Below, one piece after another: positions 1-10,187 of a stretch of 64,000 nt of DNA; positions within the stretch are counted from its first letter, which is position 1, and each line of letters opens with the position of its first letter. A program made the translations under genes and the position numbers. The notes beneath the pieces are model-generated. The model did not search any database and was not told the DNA's origin. It saw only the letters and a list, made by a program, of their open reading frames with translations. The stretch is from Candidatus Thalassarchaeum betae (GTDB taxonomy: Archaea > Thermoplasmatota > Poseidoniia > Poseidoniales > Thalassarchaeaceae): the NCBI GenBank assembly GCA_003193925.1, contig PSPG01000008.1, positions 1-64,000 of the forward strand. Reading direction: 5' to 3'.

Positions 1-1
1 T

Positions 2-688
2 GCCTGACGAGCCGACCGCTGCCAGTTGGACCCAAGAGGCGAACTTCTCGATGACGAGGTTCCTGATGGTCACGTCATTGGCGGAATCGACAAAGGCGAA
101 GTAGGTCACACTGGTCTCGATTGAGTGGCCCTGCGGGTCGTCGGCGAACCAGATGGTGTCGTTGTCGTAATCGAAGAACCAACTGCCGGATGCGACTTCT
201 TCGATGCTTCCCACGTGCAGCAGCGGCTCGTCGTTGAAGTAGAGGTCCTCAGGGCGGTCGCAGCGCGGATACTCGTCGGGGCAGACCCAGCCTTTCTCAG
301 GGTCCACCTGGTCGCCATGGCGCAGTCCTTCCTGTGTTTGGTTCGCCGAATACCAGAGGTCGTTGGAGCGAGAGAACTCCGGGAGCACCCGCGCTCCGCT
401 GAGTATTGTTCCGTTCTCGCCCTCGAAGGTGTCGCCGGCGCGCGGCCAAAGCTCCTGCATGCGATGGATGCCTGATTTGAGCAGGAATGTCGAGGCAGCG
501 GGGCTGTTATCGACGATGTACTGGATGTCCTGACCGGGGAATATCTCAATCGGCTCCACTTCTTGCGTGTCAGCAAGCGCGTCGTCCCCGGTGCCTGCAG
601 GCGCGTCGTCCCCCGTGTCGTTACCGGCACACCCGGACAAGGAGGCAGCCGTCAGGACGACAACCACGCAGAGGGCTTCGGCTCGCAC
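2..688 (-). CDS. Secreted lipoprotein, probable right-handed parallel beta-helix protein (runs off the window start)
   Basis: Not in the ORF track. Manual translation from GTG at 688 gives MRAEALCVVVVLTAASLSGC (lipobox-like LSGC), then ...PGQDIQYIVDNSPAASTFLLKSGIHRMQ...GDTFEGENGTILSGA...DVTIRNLVIEKF, typical of the start of pectin-lyase-like beta-helix proteins; frame stays open to the window edge. Confidence 0.7.
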   Translation of the reverse strand, partial: MRAEALCVVVVLTAASLSGCAGNDTGDDAPAGTGDDALADTQEVEPIEIFPGQDIQYIVDNSPAASTFLLKSGIHRMQELWPRAGDTFEGENGTILSGARVLPEFSRSNDLWYSANQTQEGLRHGDQVDPEKGWVCPDEYPRCDRPEDLYFNDEPLLHVGSIEEVASGSWFFDYDNDTIWFADDPQGHSIETSVTYFAFVDSANDVTIRNLVIEKFASWVQLAAVGSSG

Positions 689-744
689 GGGAGGGAGGGG
701 ACGTGGGATGTGATAATCACTCCGGGTTGGTGGACCCATGAACC

Positions 745-1137
745 TCAGAAGGTGACGTTGAACGCCGACTCGCAGGCCGGGCACTTGAGCTCGCGGGTCC
801 CGGGCCTCGGCCTGATTCTCAGAGTCCTCTCGCAGCCCGGGCAATCGATCTCGACCTTGACGATCTTGGCGGTGAGGGTGAAACTTCCCATGCAGGCGCC
901 GCAGGTCATCTCGACCGGCCTCTCGTCGGTGCCGGCGACGATCACGGTGTTGCAGTGGGGGCAAGGCAGGGCCTCGTCGGTCAGTGAGTCGATGGTCGGC
1001 TGGTGGCTGACGCGACATACCGCACCGCAAACCTTGCACTCCTTCTCGCCGAGACCCTGGGGCAGCATGTGGTCGCAATGGGCGCATTCTGCCAGTGGTG
1101 GGGCGTACTTCGACTCGATCTCGACCGAATCCGCCAT
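745..1137 (-). CDS. Multi zinc-ribbon protein (six CxxC pairs)
   Basis: CAHC, CKVC, CPHC, CGAC, CPGC, CPAC within 130 aa; start taken at ATG 1137. Confidence 0.75.
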   Translation of the reverse strand: MADSVEIESKYAPPLAECAHCDHMLPQGLGEKECKVCGAVCRVSHQPTIDSLTDEALPCPHCNTVIVAGTDERPVEMTCGACMGSFTLTAKIVKVEIDCPGCERTLRIRPRPGTRELKCPACESAFNVTF

Positions 1138-1163
1138 GGGCCCCCGATTCCGGGACGGGTTAA

Positions 1164-3908
1164 TCAAGCGGTCGCAGAGGAGTCGTCGCCTGAGCTACCT
1201 ATCGCAACCCTCAGCGCCTCAGCCAAGTCGCTTCCTAGGTCGCGCCCGAGGTCAATCAGCGTCGTCACTCTCTGGGGTCCGGTCCCGGAGACCCACATGC
1301 CGTTGAGTATGACAATCAGCGCGCTGGCCTCGTGCAGGGCGACTCCTGCGAAAATACTGGATAGCTCACCCAGCAGGACTGTCGTCACTAGGAACAGCGT
1401 GACTCCTACTGAAATCACTATGTTGGCGTATACCGCGCCGCGTGTCCTCTTGGCGAGGGTGATGAGTTGCGACAGCGCCCTCGGGTCCTCTCCTGGTATC
1501 AGCACGTCAGCAGCGTCGAGGTTGACCTGCTCACCGCTGCCCACCGCCACACCCACATCGGCTGCTGCCAGCGCGCCGGCGTCGTTGAAGCCATCACCCG
1601 CCATCAGAGTGTGGCGCGCCTTCGAGCGCTCGGAGACCCACTGGGCCTTGCCCTCGGGATCGACGCCGCCTCGGCATGAGCCAGATGCGATCCCAAGGCG
1701 TTTTCCGAACGCTTCGACGCTCGCCTGCTCGTCGCCGCTCAGGATCTCGACAGTGATGCCGTTCTCCCTCAAAGCAGCGATGAGTTCCTCCACGCCCTCG
1801 CGAGCGTCGTCGTGGGCGAAGCCGAACGCGGCGACGGCCTTGCCGTCGATCGCGAGCACGCTGGCACCATGGCCGGCCTTCTTGGATTCAGCGAGCGCCG
1901 AGTCTATGTCGAGGGGGATGCTGACGCCATTCTCGAGCAGCCAGTCAGTGCGTCCGAGCAAGACCTCCTGCCCGCGCAGTTTGCCTCGCACGCCAGCATC
2001 TCCATCGGCGATTTCCGTGACGTTGCTCGCCTTGAGCTGGCGCTGCTCGGCTAGGTCGAGGATGCTCTTGGCGTAGGGGTGGTTCGAGCGCTGCTCGAGA
2101 CCTGCAGCGATTTGCAGCACCCGGTACTCGTTCTCATGCTCGGAGACTGTGATGCCCGTCATCCTAGGACGGCCGCTGGTCAGGGTGCCGGTCTTGTCGA
2201 GCAACGCCAGCTCCACGCCCGCAGCCGCCTCGAGGACATCGCCGCCGCGTGCGACCAAACCAAAGGCGGAAGCGGCGGAGAGGGCGGCTGCGTGTGGTAC
2301 GGGAGCAGCGAGGAGCAGTGAGCAGGGGCACGATACGACCCACAGCAGGAGTGTGATGAGGACGGCCTCCGATGTGGCGCCCGCCACGAGGTATCCCATC
2401 ACCGGAGCGCCCAGCATGACCAGAGGGACCCATACGGCGGTGAACTTCTCAATCGCGCTCTGCGTCCTCGTCGGCTGGTCTCGGTAGCGCCTGACGAGGT
2501 CGATCAGGCTCGAGAGCCGCGTGTCATCGCCGCTGGCCTCGGCGCGGATGAGCAATGGGCCTCGCACTAGAACCAGCCCGGCCTCAACCGAGTCGCCGAA
2601 CTTGACGGGGATTGGGATGGGCTCGCCGGTGAGCGGAGCGCGGTCGATGGACCCGACGCCCTCGACGACGGTGCCGTCTACAGGAACGACCTCGCCCGAG
2701 CGAACCTCGACGATATCACCGGGCTCGAGGGCTTCCACCGGAGTGAGTTCATCGTCCTGGTCGTGGCCTCCCGTCATCGGTCCGGCCGAGGGTTGGAAGA
2801 CCATCAGCGAGCGGGAGCCTGCCTCTTGCTCGCTCGGTTTCGGCTCGTGCAGCCGTGCCCTGCGCGGCAGCCTGTCCAAGCCTCCCTGCATAGACTCCCG
2901 GGCTTTGATCAGCGCGCTGTTCTCGAGGTACGTGGCGAATCCGACGAGGCCGACCACCATCAGCGCCTCTACCCATTGTTGTAGGTACATGGCACCGATG
3001 ACGGCGAGCGAGGTCAGGACCTGGAAGCCGAGGATCCTGTTCTGGATGCTGGCGAAGGCCTCCTGGAACATCTGATAGCCGGCGAAGATGACACCGAAGA
3101 AAGCCACCCCCATCGCCAACGAGTCTGGAATCGCGTGAATCTGCTGTATGGCGATGACGCCGCCGATGAGCGGGACGGTCATCGCCGCCCCCAGAATCTG
3201 AATCTGGTCGGATCTAAGTTTAACGCTCTTGGAGCGCGCCAGCCTGAATTCCGGCCCCAGTATCTTGCGCATCCTCATCTCGGAGACCTCCCTGAGACTT
3301 AGGTCGTCGAGCCAAAGGCGCTGAATCTCTATCTTGCCGTCGTCCAGACGCACGTTGAGCACACCGGGGACGTCCATGAGGGTGGACCTCAAAGCCCGGC
3401 GTTCGATGCCTATCCTAGCTGCTACCTCCCTCGGGGTCTGCCCCACTACGGCCAGCCACTCCACAACCGGGCTGTGGCCGAGGTTCTCCAGCACGGAGGA
3501 GGCTCTTGAGATTCGGCCCTTGCTGACGTCCATATGGAGCCTGACCGTGCCGTCGGTGGCCGAGACCCGGCACTCCTCTATCCCCGGCAGGCGCTGAACG
3601 GCCCTTGTCGCCTTCATCGCGCAGTCGGGGCAGTCCATGCCCCGGATGTCCCATTCGAATTCGTGCACGCCATCTGCTGCGAGGTCGGCGTCGAGCACGT
3701 CACCGGCTGATTCGGCCACCGCCTCGATGGCGGGCTCGGGCTTCGGCTCGGGCTTCTTCTTGGGCTTCGGACGCAAGAAGCCCGGGAGTTTGAGCGAGGG
3801 CATCTTGAGCATCGAAGGAAGAACCGGAGACTCTTCCGGTTTCTGGGAAACCGGGGTTTCCTCGTCCTCATCGTCCAGAACTAGGAACTCCTCATGCTCC
3901 TCGTCCAT
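1164..3908 (-). CDS. Heavy-metal translocating P1B-type ATPase with N-terminal HMA domain
   Basis: GMDCPDC HMA motif, LTGEP actuator, SCPC membrane motif, DKTGTLT phosphorylation site, SNHP, GDGFND; start probably ATG 3908 (the longer ORF overlaps the divergent gene). Confidence 0.93.
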   Translation of the reverse strand: MDEEHEEFLVLDDEDEETPVSQKPEESPVLPSMLKMPSLKLPGFLRPKPKKKPEPKPEPAIEAVAESAGDVLDADLAADGVHEFEWDIRGMDCPDCAMKATRAVQRLPGIEECRVSATDGTVRLHMDVSKGRISRASSVLENLGHSPVVEWLAVVGQTPREVAARIGIERRALRSTLMDVPGVLNVRLDDGKIEIQRLWLDDLSLREVSEMRMRKILGPEFRLARSKSVKLRSDQIQILGAAMTVPLIGGVIAIQQIHAIPDSLAMGVAFFGVIFAGYQMFQEAFASIQNRILGFQVLTSLAVIGAMYLQQWVEALMVVGLVGFATYLENSALIKARESMQGGLDRLPRRARLHEPKPSEQEAGSRSLMVFQPSAGPMTGGHDQDDELTPVEALEPGDIVEVRSGEVVPVDGTVVEGVGSIDRAPLTGEPIPIPVKFGDSVEAGLVLVRGPLLIRAEASGDDTRLSSLIDLVRRYRDQPTRTQSAIEKFTAVWVPLVMLGAPVMGYLVAGATSEAVLITLLLWVVSCPCSLLLAAPVPHAAALSAASAFGLVARGGDVLEAAAGVELALLDKTGTLTSGRPRMTGITVSEHENEYRVLQIAAGLEQRSNHPYAKSILDLAEQRQLKASNVTEIADGDAGVRGKLRGQEVLLGRTDWLLENGVSIPLDIDSALAESKKAGHGASVLAIDGKAVAAFGFAHDDAREGVEELIAALRENGITVEILSGDEQASVEAFGKRLGIASGSCRGGVDPEGKAQWVSERSKARHTLMAGDGFNDAGALAAADVGVAVGSGEQVNLDAADVLIPGEDPRALSQLITLAKRTRGAVYANIVISVGVTLFLVTTVLLGELSSIFAGVALHEASALIVILNGMWVSGTGPQRVTTLIDLGRDLGSDLAEALRVAIGSSGDDSSATA

Positions 3909-3993
3909 AGACAGGGCATCTATGGGTCCCGCTTGAACGTGATGACAGGGCAGGAGCGGTGGGGTCATCAGCCCAATGCCGCCCCGGTCAATC

Positions 3994-4713
3994 ATGGTGG
4001 AGCTCCCAGAGGGCCGTACCTGGGACATGATTGTGTTCGATGTGGACGGTACTCTGATGGATGCCGAGGGGTATCATCCCGACCTGATTCCGCTGATTCG
4101 CGAGGTCGAGGCGCGCGGCCTGCCGATCTCACTCGCATCCGGTCGCACGCTTCCCAACGTCACTCCGATCAAGCAGTCACTCGGAGTAACCGGATTCATC
4201 GTAGCCGAGAACGGTGGCATGGTCTGGGACAGCAATGAGGGGCACGAGATCATGGCGCTAGCCGACGGCTCTCGCGCCAAGGCAGCCGCGCAGTGGCTGG
4301 CCACCCAGATTGACGGCTTCGACCCAGCCGGCATAGAGTCGAACCGCTGGCGCGAGACCGAGTGGTGCCTGTTCGAGAAGGAGGACGAGGACCTGATGCG
4401 CGAGCTTCTCGCGGACACTGAGTGGTCCGACCTCATCGTCGTCCCGACGGGCTTCGCGATTCACATCTGCGCACCGGGAATCGACAAGGCCGGGGGTCTG
4501 CGCCTGGCGCTTGAGCAGCGCGGCGTCAAGCCCGAGAGGGTAATCGTGTGCGGCGATGCGCCGAACGATGTCTCGATGTTCGATCTCTGCGGCTTCTCCG
4601 TGGCAGTCAACGACGCGAGATCGAGCGTGGTGGAGAGAGCAGACTGCCTGACCGAGGCACGCGGCACCGAGGGTTCCCTCGAGTTACTCAGGGCCGTGAT
4701 TGCCATCCTGTGA
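3994..4713 (+). CDS. HAD-superfamily IIB hydrolase (archaeal phosphoglycolate phosphatase-like)
   Basis: FDVDGT motif I, ASGR, AENGG, K motif (GIDKA), GDAPND motif. Confidence 0.85.
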   Translation: MVELPEGRTWDMIVFDVDGTLMDAEGYHPDLIPLIREVEARGLPISLASGRTLPNVTPIKQSLGVTGFIVAENGGMVWDSNEGHEIMALADGSRAKAAAQWLATQIDGFDPAGIESNRWRETEWCLFEKEDEDLMRELLADTEWSDLIVVPTGFAIHICAPGIDKAGGLRLALEQRGVKPERVIVCGDAPNDVSMFDLCGFSVAVNDARSSVVERADCLTEARGTEGSLELLRAVIAIL

Positions 4714-4720
4714 ACGCCAT

Positions 4721-4805
4721 TGGTGCAGGCGGCAGGATTTGAACCTGCGAAGCACTACGCATCGGATCTTGAGCCCGACCCCTTTGACCACTCGGGTACG
4801 CCTGC
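4721..4805 (-). tRNA. tRNA-Leu (CAA)
   Basis: GCAGGCG acceptor stem, anticodon loop CTCAAGA, long variable arm, GGTTCAAATCC T-arm, encoded CCA. Confidence 0.95.
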
Positions 4806-4916
4806 ACGGTAGCGAGGGAAGTCGCACACTTGATACTCGCGCCTCACGGGCTGCGGCGGGACGCTCCGAGGAATTGTTCAATAATCTCCTCGCACCCACC
4901 GGTGGCGGGTTGCTCA

Positions 4917-5795
4917 ATGGACGGAGAAGGCGGTGCGCCTAGACTCAACAGGTACCAACTGCAATCCATCGAGAAGTCGCTGTTCGAACTCACTCGCAAG
5001 CAGAAGTCGCAAGCGGTTCCCGTCGATCTCCCCGTCCCAGCATTCTGGTCCTCAGTGGGCCAGTTGCTGCACCATCTGGAGATGGAGCTGGCCGAGACCA
5101 TTAGAGACGAGGGGATGTCCGCAAAGGCGCAGCTCAAGTCGCGCAGGCTGGGCATCATCCGGACCTGCGTCAGCGACCTGACTCGATTGCGGCTGAACGC
5201 GTTCACGCAGCACGCAGTGCTCTCGAATCTGCTGAAGTCCCCACAGGGTGATGCGATGAGCGTCTCTGCGAGTTTTCAGAGCATGGACTGGGAGAGGCAC
5301 GACCCCTCCGAGAGAGCCTACCACTCCGGGGTCGGACACCTCGTTGAGAAGTACAAGCACGAGGTCTCTTGGAACGCTCTGCTACGCGGCTCCACCATCG
5401 AGATCCCCGGCGCCCCGGAAATCAGCGGACACGCCCCACTGACCGAATTCACCGAGCAGGACGAGAAGGTGTCGACCCCAACACCCGCTGCAGTTCGAAC
5501 ACCGCAGAGCGGTAACTGGGAGGACCCCGAGTTCGACGAGGAGGATCGGATTCGTCAGATGGACGGATTCCCGGACCGCGCCACCGGCGCAGCCCCGGCC
5601 GCTCCTGTCGGGGAGGCCCCCGCTGAGGAGGAGAGCGGACTGTGCCGCATTCTCATCCTGCAGGACCTCTCCGAACCCATAATCACCGAAGACGGCTCGG
5701 AAATCACCCTGACCGCGGGCGACGTCGAATCGTGTCCGACCCCGATTGCGGACAACCTAATCGCCGCCGGCTTGGCCGAGCCGGCGCCGCTGTGA
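4917..5795 (+). CDS. GINS complex subunit (Gins51-like, helical A domain plus C-terminal B domain)
   Basis: C-terminal RILILQDLSEPIITEDGSEITLTAGDVESCPTPIADNLIAAGLAE matches the archaeal GINS B-domain pattern; preceded by an acidic linker and a helical N-terminus. Confidence 0.7.
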   Translation: MDGEGGAPRLNRYQLQSIEKSLFELTRKQKSQAVPVDLPVPAFWSSVGQLLHHLEMELAETIRDEGMSAKAQLKSRRLGIIRTCVSDLTRLRLNAFTQHAVLSNLLKSPQGDAMSVSASFQSMDWERHDPSERAYHSGVGHLVEKYKHEVSWNALLRGSTIEIPGAPEISGHAPLTEFTEQDEKVSTPTPAAVRTPQSGNWEDPEFDEEDRIRQMDGFPDRATGAAPAAPVGEAPAEEESGLCRILILQDLSEPIITEDGSEITLTAGDVESCPTPIADNLIAAGLAEPAPL

Positions 5796-5851
5796 TCCTC
5801 GCAATGACTTAGGGGCGTCATTTCGCGAAGTGGCTCACCAGAGGTGAGCCA

Positions 5852-7177
5852 ATGGGCAAGACAGTTACTAGAAAGCAGGTTGTAGAGTTGAGGAAGGAAT
5901 TCGCAGCGGACCCGTCTAACAGGGTCGCTCAGAACGCCGTGACGAACGTCCAGCTGCCGGACCTGACGCTGAACAGGGACCTCGTCCAGGACATCGACGA
6001 CTCGTTCAGCACCAAGCTGGACGAATGGAAGGTCACTGCTCAGATGAAGAGCGGCAGATGCTGGCTGTTTGCGACGCTGAACCTGTTCAGGGTCGGGGCG
6101 ATGAAGAAGATGAACCTCAAGAACTTCGAGTTCAGCCAGGCCCACACCCACTTCTGGGACAAGTTCGAGCGCTCGAACCACTTGCTGGAGGCCATCATCG
6201 ATACAGCGGGCCGCTCTGTGAACGACCGTACCATCCACTTCCTGCTGTCCGATCCCATCGGCGACGGCGGCCAGTGGAACATGGCGATGAACCTGATTCG
6301 CAAGCACGGCCTCGTCCCCATGTCAGCCTACCCCGAGTCTAACTCCAGCAGCGCGACTCGCTGGATGAACGCCGAACTGAGGAACATGCTGCGGAGCTCG
6401 GCGTGCGAAATCAGAGCGATAATTGACGGAGGGGGCAGCGTAGAGGAGGCTCGGGCGCACAAGGAGAAGCGCATGGCGGATATCTGGAATATGCTGTGCA
6501 TCCATCTCGGAACTCCTCCGAAGACCTTCAACTGGCAGTGGCGCGACAAGGACGGCGAGTTCCACCGCAAGGGCAGGATGACCCCGCAGCAGTTCGCCGC
6601 TGAGTACGTCGACATCGACTGGGAGGACTACGTCTGCATCGTCAACGACCCGCGCAACGAGTACTACCGGACCTACACCGTCGACTTCCTGCAGAACGTC
6701 GCCGGCGGCCCTCCAGTGGTCTACCTCAACGTGCCGAGCAAGGAGATGAAGGCGATCACCCAGAAGCTGCTCGAGGACGGCATGCCGGTCTGGATGGGGT
6801 GCGACGTCGGCAAGGAGATGGATCGCAAGAGGGGGCTCTGGGACGCCGAGCTGTTCGACGTCAAGGGGCTCTACGGGGTCGAGTACGGCATGGACAAGGC
6901 CGACAGGCTGCGCCACAACCAGACGATGATGACGCACGCGATGCTGTTCACCGGAGTCGATGTGGTCAACGGCAGGCCCCGACGCTGGCGCGTCGAGAAC
7001 TCTTGGGGCGACAAGACCGGCCAGAAGGGCTACTACACGATGAACGACAGTTGGTACGACGAGTACATGTTCGAGATCGCCGCTCCGACCTCGTACCTGT
7101 CTGAGAAGATGCTCGCCGGGCTTGAGACCGAGCCCGTGGTGCTTCCAGCCTGGGACCCGATGGGCAGCCTAGCCTAG
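5852..7177 (+). CDS. pepC: Aminopeptidase C / bleomycin hydrolase (peptidase C1B)
   Basis: QMKSGRCWLFA catalytic Cys, THAM His, VENSWG Asn, C-terminal PAWDPMGSLA. Confidence 0.95.
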   Translation: MGKTVTRKQVVELRKEFAADPSNRVAQNAVTNVQLPDLTLNRDLVQDIDDSFSTKLDEWKVTAQMKSGRCWLFATLNLFRVGAMKKMNLKNFEFSQAHTHFWDKFERSNHLLEAIIDTAGRSVNDRTIHFLLSDPIGDGGQWNMAMNLIRKHGLVPMSAYPESNSSSATRWMNAELRNMLRSSACEIRAIIDGGGSVEEARAHKEKRMADIWNMLCIHLGTPPKTFNWQWRDKDGEFHRKGRMTPQQFAAEYVDIDWEDYVCIVNDPRNEYYRTYTVDFLQNVAGGPPVVYLNVPSKEMKAITQKLLEDGMPVWMGCDVGKEMDRKRGLWDAELFDVKGLYGVEYGMDKADRLRHNQTMMTHAMLFTGVDVVNGRPRRWRVENSWGDKTGQKGYYTMNDSWYDEYMFEIAAPTSYLSEKMLAGLETEPVVLPAWDPMGSLA

Positions 7178-7498
7178 GTTCCGCAGCGAGAGTTCGATCG
7201 TCACAGAGTCGGGAATCGGAATCCTGAGGACCTTCCTCAGCGCCTTCTCGTCCTTGGCGGTGTTAGTCACCAACTCGAGCAATCGCTTGTGGACTCGCAT
7301 CTCCCAGTGGTCCCAAGTCTCCGAGCCCTCTCCGTCGGGGCTCTTGCGACACGGCACGACGAGTCGGCGCGTAGGCAAGGGAATCGGGCCACGCAGGTTG
7401 ACGCCGGTCTCCTCTGAGATCATCTTGATCTGCTCGCAGACCGTGTCCACGTCAGTGTGATTCTCGCCGGTCAACTTGATGGTGGTGACGACAGCCAT
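7169..7498 (-). CDS. rps10: 30S ribosomal protein S10 (uS10)
   Basis: GPIPLPTRRLVVPCRKSPDGEGSETWDHWEMRVHKRL signature; directly downstream of EF-1alpha. Confidence 0.97.
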   Translation of the reverse strand: MAVVTTIKLTGENHTDVDTVCEQIKMISEETGVNLRGPIPLPTRRLVVPCRKSPDGEGSETWDHWEMRVHKRLLELVTNTAKDEKALRKVLRIPIPDSVTIELSLRNLG

Positions 7499-7526
7499 CC
7501 CACTCACCAGGTCCCAGTTCTGCGAA

Positions 7527-8810
7527 TCACTTCTTCTCGACCTTCATGCAGACGCCGGCGGCGACTGTCTTGCCCATGTCGCGAATCGCGAAGCGGGCGA
7601 GTTCGGGGAACATATCCATCTGCTCGATCGCCATTGGCTTGGTCGGCTGGAAGCGGACGAGGGCGGCGTCACCGGTCTTGAGGAAAGGAGGATTGGCCTC
7701 CTTGGTCTTCGAGTTCTCGAGGAGATCGACGAAGCGAACTGCTACCTGCGACGTGTGGGCGTGGAACACCGGGGTGTAACCAGCCCCGACGGCCTTCGGG
7801 ATCTCCATGAGCTGGATCTGTCCGACGAAGGTCTCGTCGTGGCGCACGAACATCGGGGGGTTGTCAGTGTATCCTGCTACGTCGCCTCGGCGGATGTCAG
7901 TGGCTGCAAGCCCGCGCACGTTGAAGCCAACGTTGTCGCCGGGCTCGGCCCTGTCGACGTTGGTGTGGTGCATCTCGATGCTTTTGACTTCGGCCGACTT
8001 CTGGCTCGGGTTGAACACTACGGTTTTGCCGGCGGTCAGAACGCCAGTCTCGATTTTGCCGACTGGGACAGTGCCGATTCCGCTGATCTTGTAGACATCT
8101 TGGATGGGCAAGCGCAGGGGCCTGTTGGTTGGCTTCGGGGGCATCTCGATCGCGTCGATGGCCTCGAACAGCGTGGGTCCCTTGTACCAAGGCATGTTGT
8201 CGCTCTTGTTGTACACGTTGTCACCCTTTATGGCCGAGCAGGGGATGAACGGCACGTCAGCGGGATTGAATCCAGCGACCTTCAGCAGTTCAGAGACCTC
8301 CTCGACGACCGCGTTGAACCTGTCTTCGGAGTGGTTGACGGTATTCATGTCCATCTTGTTGATGTTGACGATCAGTTGCTTGACGCCGAGAACTCGGGCC
8401 AGGAAGGTGTGCTCCTTGGTCTGAAGGTTAACGCCGTCGTCGGCGGCGACGCACAGAACTGCAGCTTCGGCCTGGCTGGTACCGGTGATCATGTTCTTCA
8501 CGAAGTCACGGTGACCGGGTGCGTCGATGACGGTGAAGTAGTAGCGGGGAGTGAAGAACTCCTTGTGAGCGACGTCGATCGTGATGCCACGCTCGCGCTC
8601 CTCCTTCAGTCCATCCATGACGTAGGCGAAGCCGAATCCGGGCTTGCCACGCTCTTGTGCTTCCTGCTCGAACTTCTCGACCACGTGCGCCTCGATGTGA
8701 CCTGTGTCAAGCAGTAGTCTGCCGACTGTCGTAGACTTTCCGTGGTCGACGTGACCCACGAATACGATATTCAAATGCGGCTTGCTCTTGTCTTCCCACT
8801 GCGAACTCAT
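7527..8810 (-). CDS. tuf: Translation elongation factor EF-1alpha
   Basis: [36 protein letters not shown], archaeal-type [22 protein letters not shown]. Confidence 0.98.
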   Translation of the reverse strand: MSSQWEDKSKPHLNIVFVGHVDHGKSTTVGRLLLDTGHIEAHVVEKFEQEAQERGKPGFGFAYVMDGLKEERERGITIDVAHKEFFTPRYYFTVIDAPGHRDFVKNMITGTSQAEAAVLCVAADDGVNLQTKEHTFLARVLGVKQLIVNINKMDMNTVNHSEDRFNAVVEEVSELLKVAGFNPADVPFIPCSAIKGDNVYNKSDNMPWYKGPTLFEAIDAIEMPPKPTNRPLRLPIQDVYKISGIGTVPVGKIETGVLTAGKTVVFNPSQKSAEVKSIEMHHTNVDRAEPGDNVGFNVRGLAATDIRRGDVAGYTDNPPMFVRHDETFVGQIQLMEIPKAVGAGYTPVFHAHTSQVAVRFVDLLENSKTKEANPPFLKTGDAALVRFQPTKPMAIEQMDMFPELARFAIRDMGKTVAAGVCMKVEKK

Positions 8811-8918
8811 GATGCACACCTTTGGAGTGGCCCGCCGACCGATGGGGTGTATTTGAATCGTTCCCCCCTAGCGTAGGGGGGATGCTTCCGAGCAGCCAGT
8901 GTAAAGGATACCGGATGC

Positions 8919-10100
8919 CTAGCGGTACTGTAACTCGACGATCATCTGCTTGATCTCGGTGTTGTGGGTCTTCTCGTTGACTAGGTCGACTGTCCAGCCT
9001 CCGGGCAGGAATCCTCGGACCGTCGAGCCGCCCACCACCATCCAGATACAGCGGTCGCTGTCTTGGCAGTCGCCAGCATTCCTGCTGTCGTCGTCGATGG
9101 CTGAGGTGTTGGCGACCTCCTCGTCAGTGCTGTTGTACAGATAGAGGTCGAGCTTGTTCTCTGTGTCTATTCCTCCAAAGGGCTGGTCATCGTCCTCTGC
9201 CGGGTAGGTCAGCTTGACCCTGAGGTAGCGAATCCTGTCCTTGGTGTCCTCGTCGTAGGTGACCGGGAACTCCCAAGTCATGATCACAGGGTCTTGGTAG
9301 CGACGGTCGATGACGAAGTCCTTCCAGACCCCACGGTAGTTGACGTAGACCGTCGAGTCGGTGTGGTCGACGAAGCCACTGTCGTCGGTGACCGAGAGGC
9401 GTATGTCCCACGCCCCGGCAGGCAGGTCTTCCCACTCGTAGGTCTCGCCGGTGGCGTCGACGTCGTTCTCCGGGTTCCCGTCGTCGTCTGTGTCGGTGTG
9501 GGTGTCGAGGTCCCAGTTCCACTCGACTAGGTACTCCTCGGCATAGCACTCGGCTTGGTCGGGATCGCATCCCGCCCAGGAGTCGGAGCCGTCTAGGAAG
9601 ACCGAGGTCGAGACGCTTACCTCCCTGTCTCCGATGTCCTTGTCATCCTCGCAGACCCAGACCATGACGAAGTCGCCGTTGGGCGGCTCCTCGCCCTCGC
9701 AGTCGTCGTCCCTGTCAGCGGTGATCTCGGCATGAGGCTCGCGGGCCGAGGCGTCGACCACTGTGATCGTCATGCTGGCCGTCGCCTCGTGAGAGCCGTC
9801 GCCGACTGCCAGACGAGCGATGTATTCGCCGGGCTGGGCGTAGGAGTGGCTGATCGTCAGCCCGGTGCCGGTGTTACCGTCGCCGAAGGTCCAGGTGAAA
9901 GTCATCGAGTCGCCGTCGGGGTCAGAGGAGCCGACGGCGCTGAAGGTCAGCGAGTCGCCGGCCTTGACGGTGCCCTGCGGGTCTACCGACATCGCCGCGG
10001 TAGGCGGGTCGTTGCCGGTGAGCGCATCCAGGCACCCGGCTAGAGCCGAGCAGAGCAGGATTGCGGTCAGCATCGGAGCTAGAGCCCTCACGCGTGCCAT
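8919..10100 (-). CDS. PKD-domain lipoprotein
   Basis: LAGC lipobox after a hydrophobic stretch; PKD motif SSDPDGD...WTFGDG...SHSY; second PKD-like repeat with a DxDxDG insert. Confidence 0.8.
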   Translation of the reverse strand: MARVRALAPMLTAILLCSALAGCLDALTGNDPPTAAMSVDPQGTVKAGDSLTFSAVGSSDPDGDSMTFTWTFGDGNTGTGLTISHSYAQPGEYIARLAVGDGSHEATASMTITVVDASAREPHAEITADRDDDCEGEEPPNGDFVMVWVCEDDKDIGDREVSVSTSVFLDGSDSWAGCDPDQAECYAEEYLVEWNWDLDTHTDTDDDGNPENDVDATGETYEWEDLPAGAWDIRLSVTDDSGFVDHTDSTVYVNYRGVWKDFVIDRRYQDPVIMTWEFPVTYDEDTKDRIRYLRVKLTYPAEDDDQPFGGIDTENKLDLYLYNSTDEEVANTSAIDDDSRNAGDCQDSDRCIWMVVGGSTVRGFLPGGWTVDLVNEKTHNTEIKQMIVELQYR

Positions 10101-10187
10101 CAGTCCGGTCTGAAGGACCGGCTGAAATCAACCCTGCGCTGTCCGGTCTACCGGAACGGGTCCTTGAACAGGCTTCCAGTTGGGCGG

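Noticed and set aside
7169-7177. Overlapping stop codons of convergent pepC and rps10
   Set aside because: Ordinary consequence of a compact genome
7476-8717. Long antisense ORFs opposite tuf (and similarly opposite parA, coxA, maeB, pepC)
   Set aside because: Expected stop-poor antisense frames in high-GC3 genes; no independent motifs
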